A DNA stretch of 64,000 bases from the human T2T-CHM13v2.0 reference genome, Homo sapiens, in assembly GCF_009914755.1 (NCBI RefSeq), contig NC_060933.1. One strand, 5' to 3'. Both the position numbers and the translations under genes were made by a program. Numbering within the stretch: the first letter of the stretch is position 1; the number at the start of each line of letters is the position of its first letter. Shown one piece after another: positions 56,581 through 64,000 of the stretch. Under the pieces are notes generated by a model. That model saw nothing but the letters and a program-made list of their open reading frames with translations, did not search any database and was not told the DNA's origin.

Positions 56581-59303
56581 CATTCCATTCCATTCCATTC
56601 CATTCCATTCCATTCCATGCCATTCCACTCGGGTTGATTCCATTCCATTCCATTCCATTCGAGTCGAACCCATTCCATTCCATTCCATTCCATTCCATTC
56701 CATTCCATTCCATTGCACACGGTTTCATTCCATTCCATTCCATTCCATTCTATTCCATTTCGTTCCATTCCATTCTATTCCGTACCATTCCATTCCATTC
56801 CATTCCATTCCACTCCATTTCATTCCATTCCATCCCATTCCACTCGGGTTTATTACATTCCTTTCCATTCCATTCGGGTTGAATCCATTCCTTTCCATTC
56901 CATTCCGTTCAATTCCATTCCATTGCACTCGGGTTGATTCCATTCCATTCCATGCCATTCCATTTCATTCCGTTCCATTCCATTCCATTACATTCGGATT
57001 GATTCTTTTCAATTCCCTTACACTCCATTACATTCCATTCCATTCGGGTAGTTTCCATTCCATTCGATTCCATTACACTCCATTGCATTGCACTCGGGTT
57101 GATTGATTCCATTCCATTGCATTCCATTCCATTCAATTCCATTCCGGATGATTCCATTCCATTGCATTCCATTCCATTCCATTCCCCTGCACTCGGGTTG
57201 ATTCCATTCCATTCCATTCCATTCCATTCCGTTCCATTCCATTCCATTCCATTCCATTCCATTCCATTCTGTTCAGGTTAATTCCATTCCATTCCATTCC
57301 CTTCCATTCCATTCCATTCCATTCCATTCCATTCCATTCCATTGCAATCTAGTTGATTCCATTGCATTCCATTCCATTCCATTCCATTGCATTCCATTGC
57401 ATTCCATTCCCCTGCACTCAGGTTGATTCCATTCCATTCCATTCCATTCCATTCCATTCTATTCGGGTTAATTCCATTCCATTCCATTCCATTCTATTCG
57501 GGTTAATTCCATTCCATTCCATTCCCTTACATTCCATAGCAATCGAGTTGATTCCATTCCATTCCATTCCATTCCATTCCATTCGATTCAAGTCCTTTCC
57601 ATTCCATTCCACTCGTTTTGATTCCATTTTATTAGTTTCCATTCCATTCCATTCCCTTCCATTCCACTCTGGTTGATTCCATTCCTTTCCATTCCACTCG
57701 AATTCATTCCCTTCTATTCCACTCGGAATGATTGCATTCCATTCCATTCCATTCCATTCCATTCCATTCCATTCCATTTCGTTCCATTGCATTGTATTCC
57801 GTACCATTCCATTCCATTCCATTCCATGCCATTCCACTCGGGTTGATTCCATGGCTTTCCATTCCATTTGGGTTGAATCCATTCCATTCCATTCCATTCC
57901 ATTCCATTCCATTCCATTCCATTCCATTCTATTCCATTGCACTATGTTTGATTCCATTCCACTGCATTCCATTCCATTCCATTCCATTCCATTCCATTCC
58001 ATTCCATTCCATTCCATTCCATTACATTCGGATTGATTGTATTCAATTCCCTTACACTCCATTTCATTCCATTCCATTCAGGTTGTTTCCATTCCATTCC
58101 AATCCATTCCACTCCATTCCATTGCACTCGGGTTGATTGCATTCCATTCCATTCCATTCTATTCCATTTCCTTCCATTCCATTCTATTCGGTACCATTCC
58201 ATTCCATTCCATTCCAATCCATTCCATTCCATGCCATTCCACTTGGGTTGATTCCCTTCCTTTCCATTCCATTCGGGTTGAATCCATTCCATTCCATTCC
58301 ATTCCATTCCATTCCTTTCCATTCCATTGCACACGGGTTGGTTCCATTCCGTTCCTTTCCGTTCCATTCCGGATGACTCCATTCCATAGCATTCCATTCC
58401 ATTCCATTCCATTCCCCTGCACTCGGGTTCATTACCTTCCATTCCATTTACTTCCATTCCATTCCATTCCATTCTATTCGGGTTAATTCCATTCCATTGC
58501 ATTCCATTCAATTCCATTCCATTCCATTCCATTCCATTCCATTCCATTGCAATCGAGTTGATTCCATTCCATTCCATTCAATTCCGGATGTTTCCATTCC
58601 ATTGCCTTCAATTCCATTCCATTCCCCTGCACTCGGGTTGATTCCATTCCATTTCATTCCATTCCATTCCATTTCATTCCATTCCATTTCGTTCCTTTCC
58701 ATTCTATTCCGTACCATTCCATTCCATTCCATTCCATTCCATTCCATTCCATTCCATGCCATTCCACTCGGGTTGATTCCATTCCTTTCCATTCCATTCG
58801 AGTTCAATCCATTCCAATCCATTCCATTCCATTCGATTCCATTCCATTGCACACGGGTTCATTCCATTCCATTCCATTCCATTCCATTCCATTCCATTCC
58901 ATTCCATTTCCTTCCATTCCATTCTATTCCGTACCATTCCATTCCATCCCATTCCATTCCATTCCACTCCATTCCATGCCATTCCACTCGGGTTTATTCC
59001 ATTCCTTTCCATTCCATTCTGGTTGAATCCATTCCTTTCCATTCCATTCCATTCGATTCCATTACATTGCACTCGGGTTGATTCCATTCCATTCCATTCC
59101 TTTACATTTCATTCCATTCCACTCCATTCCATGCCATTCCACGCGGGTTTATTCCATTCCTTTCCATTACATTCGTGTTGAATCCATTCCATTCCATTCC
59201 ATTCCATTCGATTCCATTACACTGCAGTCGGGTTGATTCCATTCCATTCCATTACATTACATTTCATTCCATTCCATTCCATTCCATTCCATTCCATTCC
59301 ATT
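56581..59303 (+). repeat. Second block of HSat3 sub-domain 2 (copy of 52518-55240)
   Basis: ORF track identical at +4063 (e.g. 52650..52874 vs 56713..56937; 54434..55018 vs 58497..59081). Confidence 0.9.
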
Positions 59304-60670
59304 TCCATTGCAATCGAGTTGAATCCGTTGCATTTCATTCCATTCCATTCCATTCCATTCCATTCCGGAAGATTCCATTCCATTGCATTCCATTCCATTC
59401 CATTCCCCTGCACTCGCGTTGATTCCATTCCATTCCATTCCATTCCATTCCATTCCATTCCGTTCCATTCCGTTCCATTCCGTTCCATTCCATTCCATTC
59501 CATTCCATTCCGTTCCGTTCCGTTCCATTCCATTCCATTCCATTCTATTCGGGTTAATTCCATTCCATTGCATTCGATTGCAATCGTGTTGATTCCATTC
59601 CATTCCATTCCATTCCATTGCATTCCATTCCATTCCTTTCCATTCCATTACGGATGATTCCATTCCATTGCATTCCATTCCATTCCATTCCCCTGTACTC
59701 GGGTTGATTCCATTCCATTGCATTCCAATCCATGCCCTTCCACTCGTGTTGATTCCATTCTTTGCATTCCATTCAAGTTGAATCCATTCCATTGCATTCC
59801 ATTCCATTCGATTCCATTCGGTTGCACTCGGGTTGATTCCATTCCATTGCATTCCATTCCATTCCATTCCATTCCATTCCATTCCATTCCGTTCCTTTCC
59901 ATTCCATTACATTCGGATTGATTCTATTCAATTCCCTTACACTCCATTACATTCCATTCCATTCGGGTAGTTTCCATTCCATTCCTCTCCATTCCATTGC
60001 ACTCGGGTGGATTCCATTCCATTGCATTCCATTCCATTCCATTCAATTGCATTCCGTTCCATTCCATTCCATTACATTCGGATTGATTCTATTCAACTCC
60101 CTTAGTCTCCATTACATTCCATTCCATTCGGGTTGTTCCATTCCATTCCATTCCATTCCACTCCATTCCATTACACTCGGGTTTATTCCATTCCATTCCA
60201 TTCAATTCCATTCCATTCCGGAAGATTCCATTCCATAGCATTCCATTCCATTCCATTCCCCTGAACTCGCGTTGATTCCATTCCATTCCATTCCATTCCG
60301 TTCCATTCCATTCCATTCTATTCCTTTCCATTCCAGTCTTTTCCATTCCATTCCACTCGGGTTGATTCCATTCTATTAGTTTCCATTCCATTCCATTCCC
60401 TTCCATTCCACTCTGGTTGATTCCATTCCTTTCCATTCCACTCGAATACATTCCCTCCTATTCCACTCGGAACGATTCCATTCCATTCCATTCCATTCCA
60501 TTCCATTCCATTCCATTTCGTTCCATTCCATTCTATTCCGTATCGTTCCATTCCATTCCATTCCATTCCATTCCATTCCATTCCATTCCATTCCACTCGT
60601 GTTGATTCCATTCCTTTCCATTCCATTCGGTTTGAAGGCATTCCATTCCATTCCATTCCATTCCATTCCA
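56581..60670 (+). repeat. 4063-bp tandem duplication, copy 2
   Basis: Identical to copy 1 as far as I can read, apart from one fewer pentamer in the run at ~60545-60595 (GGTTTGAAGG offset becomes 4058). Confidence 0.95.
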
Positions 60671-63600
60671 TTGTACTCCGGTTGATTCCATTCCATTGCA
60701 TTCCATTCCATTCCATTCCATTCCGTTGCATTCCATTCCATTACTTTCGGATTGATTCTATTAAACTCCCTTACTCTCCATTACATTCCATTCCATTTGT
60801 GTTGTTCCATTCCATTCCATTCCATTCCACTCCATTCCATTGCACTCGGGTTGATTCCATTCCATTCCATTCCATGCCATTCCATTCCATTCCATTCCGG
60901 ATGATTCCATTCCATTGCATTCCGTTCCATTACATTCCCCTGCACTCGCGTTGATTCCATTCCATTCCATTCCATTCCATTCAATTCCATTCCATTACAA
61001 TTCGTTCCATTCCATTCTATTCCGTACCATTCCATTCCATTCCATACCATTCCATTCCATTCCATTCCATTCCATTCCGTTCCATTCCGTTCCATTCCAT
61101 TCCATTCCATTCTATTCGGGTCCATTCCATTCCATTCCATTCCATTCCATTCCATTCCATTCTATTCCATTCCATTGCAGTCGAGTTGAATCAATTGCAT
61201 TTCATTCCATTCCATTCCATTCCATTCCATTCCATTCCCGAAGATTCCATTCCATTGCATTCTTTTCCATTCCATTCCCCTGCACTCGCGTTGATTCCAT
61301 TCCATTCCATTCCATTCCATCCATTCCGTTCCGTTCCGTTCCATTCCATTCCATTCCATTCCATTCCATTCCATTCCATTCCGTTCCATTCCATTCCATT
61401 CCATTCTATTCGGGTTAATTCCATTCCATTCCATTCGATTGCAATCGAGTTGATTCCATTCCATTCCATTCCATTCCATTCCATTCCATTCCATTCCATT
61501 CCTTTCCATTCCATTACGGATGATTCCATTCCATTGCATTCCATTCCATTCCATTCCCCTGTACTCGGGTTGATCCATTCCATTCCATTCCAATCCATGC
61601 CATTCCACTCGTGTTGATTCCATTCTTTCCATTCCATTCAAGTTGAATCCATTCCATTGCATTCCATTCCATTCCATTCCATTCATCTGCAGTCGGGTTG
61701 ATTCAATTCCATTCCATTCCATTCCATTCCATTCCGTTCCGTTCCGTTCCATTCCATTCCATTCCTCTCTATTCGGGTTAATTCCATTCCATTCCATTCG
61801 ATTGCAATCGAGTTGATTCCATTCCATTGCATTCCATTCCATTCCATTCCTTTCCATTCCATTACGGATGATTCCTTTCCATTGCATTCCATTCCATTCC
61901 ATTCCACTGTACTCGGCTTGATTGCATTCCATTCTATTCCAATCTATGCCATTCCACTCGTGTTGATTCCATTCTTTGCATTCCATTGAAGTTGAATCCA
62001 TTCCATTGCATTCCATTCCATTCGATTCCATTCGATTGCACTCGGATTGATTCCATTCCATTGCATTCCATTCCATTCCATTCCATTCCATTCGGATTGA
62101 TTCTATTCAATTCCCTTACACTCCAATACATTCCATTCCATTCGGGTAGTTTCCATTCCATTCCATTCCATTCCTCTCCATTCCATTGAACTCGGGTTGA
62201 TTCCATTCCATTCCATTCCATTCCATTCCATTACATTACATTCCATTCCATTCCGTTCCATTGTACTCGGGTTGATTCCATTCCATTGCATTCCATTCCA
62301 TTCCATTCCATTCCATTCCATTCCATTCCGTTCCATTCCATTCCATTACATTCGGATTGATTCTTTTCAACTCCCTTACTCTCCATTACATTCCATTACA
62401 TTCGTGTTGTTCCATTCCATTCCATTCCATTCCACTCCATTCCATTGCACTCGGGTTGATTCCATTCCATTCCATTCCATTCCGGATGATTCCATTCCAT
62501 TGCATTCCGTTCCATTACATTCCCCTGCACTCGGGTTGATTCCATTCCATTCCATTCCATTCCATTCGATTCCATTCCATTCCCCTGCACTCGCGTTGAT
62601 TCCATTCCATTCCATTCCATTCCATTCCATTCCATTCCATTCCATTCCTTTCCATTCCAGTCCTTTCCATTCCATTCCACTCGGGTTGATTCCATTCTAT
62701 TAGTTTCCATTCCATTCCATTCGCTTCCATTCCACTCTGGTTGATTCCATTCCTTTCCATTCCACTCGAATACATTCCCTCCTATTCCACTCGGAACGAT
62801 TCCATTCCATTGCATTCCATTCCATTCCATTCCATTTCGTCGCATTCCATTCTATTCCGTATCATTCCATTCCATTCCATTCCATTCCATTCCATTCCAT
62901 TCCATTCCACTCGTGTTGATTCCATTCCTTTCCATTCCATTCGGTTTAAAGGCATTCCATTCCATTCCATTCCATTCCATTCCATTCCATTCTATTCGGG
63001 TTAATTCCATTCCATTCCATTCGATTGCAATCGAGTTGATTCCATTCCATTCCATTCCATTCCATTCCATTCCTTTCCATTCCATTACGGATGATTCCAC
63101 TCCATTGCATTCCATTCCATTCCATTCCCCTGTACTCGGGTTGATTCCATTCCATTCCATTCCAATCCATGCCATTCCACTCGTGTTGGTTCCATTCTTT
63201 CCATTCCATTCAAGTTGAATCCATTCCATTGCATTCCATTCCATTCCATTCCCCTGCAGTCTGGTTGATTCTATTCCATTCCATTCCATTCCATTCCATT
63301 CCATTCCGTTCCGTTCCGTTCCATTCCATTCCATTCCAATCTATTCGGGTTAATTCCATTCCATTCCATTCCATTCCATTCCATTCCATTCCAATCGAGT
63401 TGATTCCATTCCATTCCATTCCATTCCATTCCACTCCATTCCAGTCCTTTCCATTCCATTCCACTCGGGTTGATTCCAATGTATTCCTTTCCATTCCATT
63501 CCATTCCATTGCAATCGAGTTGATTCCATTGCTTTGCATTCCATTCCATTCCATTCCATTCCGGATGACTCCATTCCATTGCATTCCATTCCATTGCATT

Positions 63601-64000
63601 CCCCTGCACTCGGGTTGATTCCATTCCATTCCACTCCATTCCGTTGCATTCCATTCCATTCCATTGTATTCGGGTTAATTCCATTCCATTCCATTCCATT
63701 CCATTCCATTCCATTCCATTACAATCGAGTTGATTCCATTCCATTCCATTCCATTCCAGTCCTTTCCATTCCATTCCACTCGGGTTGATTACATTCTATT
63801 AGCTTCCATTCCATTCCGTTCCCTTCCATTCCACTCTGGTTGATTCCATTCCATTCCATTCCACTCGAATACATTCCCTCCTATTCCACTCGGAACGATT
63901 CCATTCCATTCCATTCCATTCCATTCCATTCCATTCCATTCCATTTCGTTCCATTACATTCTATTCCGTATCATTCCATTCCATTCCATTCCATTCCATT
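59304..64000 (+). repeat. Copy B of the large duplication (continues past window end)
   Basis: ORFs 40900..41187 = 61934..62221; 42166..42615 = 63210..63659; 42490..42744 = 63534..63788. Confidence 0.92.

Larger units (their letters stand above)
1..64000 (+). repeat. Human satellite III (HSat3) array, (CATTC)n on + strand, CAACCCGAGT-interrupted (HSat3B-like) type
   Basis: Continuous CATTC pentamers across the window, interrupted every few tens of bp by ACTCGGGTTG/ACTCGCGTTG/AATCGAGTTG, the reverse complement of the classical SatIII CAACCCGAGT interruption. The CATTCGATTC-dominated pattern of HSat2 is not the main pattern. Array runs off both window ends. Confidence 0.97.

Noticed and set aside
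1-64000. Hundreds of six-frame ORFs (HSIPF- and MEWNG-repeat peptides, up to 393 aa)
   Set aside because: CATTC/GAATG repeats contain no stop codon in any frame and the minus strand has ATG every 5 bp. ORFs overlap in all frames and have no domain content, so they are not called as CDS.
1-64000. CRISPR-like or other repeat-spacer system
   Set aside because: The recurring modules are separated by the same pentamer, not unique spacers, and there are no cas-like genes.
1-64000. Inversion or Alu/L1 insertion within the array
   Set aside because: No GGAAT-rich stretch on the + strand, no poly(A) and no non-satellite sequence seen.
1-64000. Assignment to DYZ1 (Yq12), HSat2, or a specific chromosome
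   Set aside because: No regular ~3.5 kb unit as in DYZ1 and no HSat2-type CATTCGATTC dominance. 9q12/HSat3B is plausible but needs k-mer mapping to T2T.

Overview
The whole 64 kb is one uninterrupted (CATTC)n/(GGAAT)n pentamer satellite with the C-rich strand on +. It matches human/great-ape satellite III (HSat3) with ACTCGGGTTG (= CAACCCGAGT) interruptions, the type described for 9q12 and related HSat3B arrays; the chromosome cannot be fixed from this window. I see no genes, RNA genes, transposon insertions or inversions, and every listed ORF (HSIPF/MEWNG repeats) is an artefact of a stop-free 5-mer. The array is structured. (1) Variant modules recur in a conserved order (~0.7 kb sub-cycle inside a ~1.4-1.6 kb cycle) with no fixed higher-order period. 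(2) There are two sequence sub-domains with different diagnostic motifs. (3) Nested duplications (45 bp, 90 bp, 350 bp, ~0.8, ~2.5, 4.063, ~6.2, ~16.9 kb) occur, and some can be placed in order. (4) About 37 perfect three-unit heat-shock elements (TTCnnGAAnnTTC) are confined to one sub-domain. Counts and offsets were made by eye and from the ORF track, and should be confirmed computationally.
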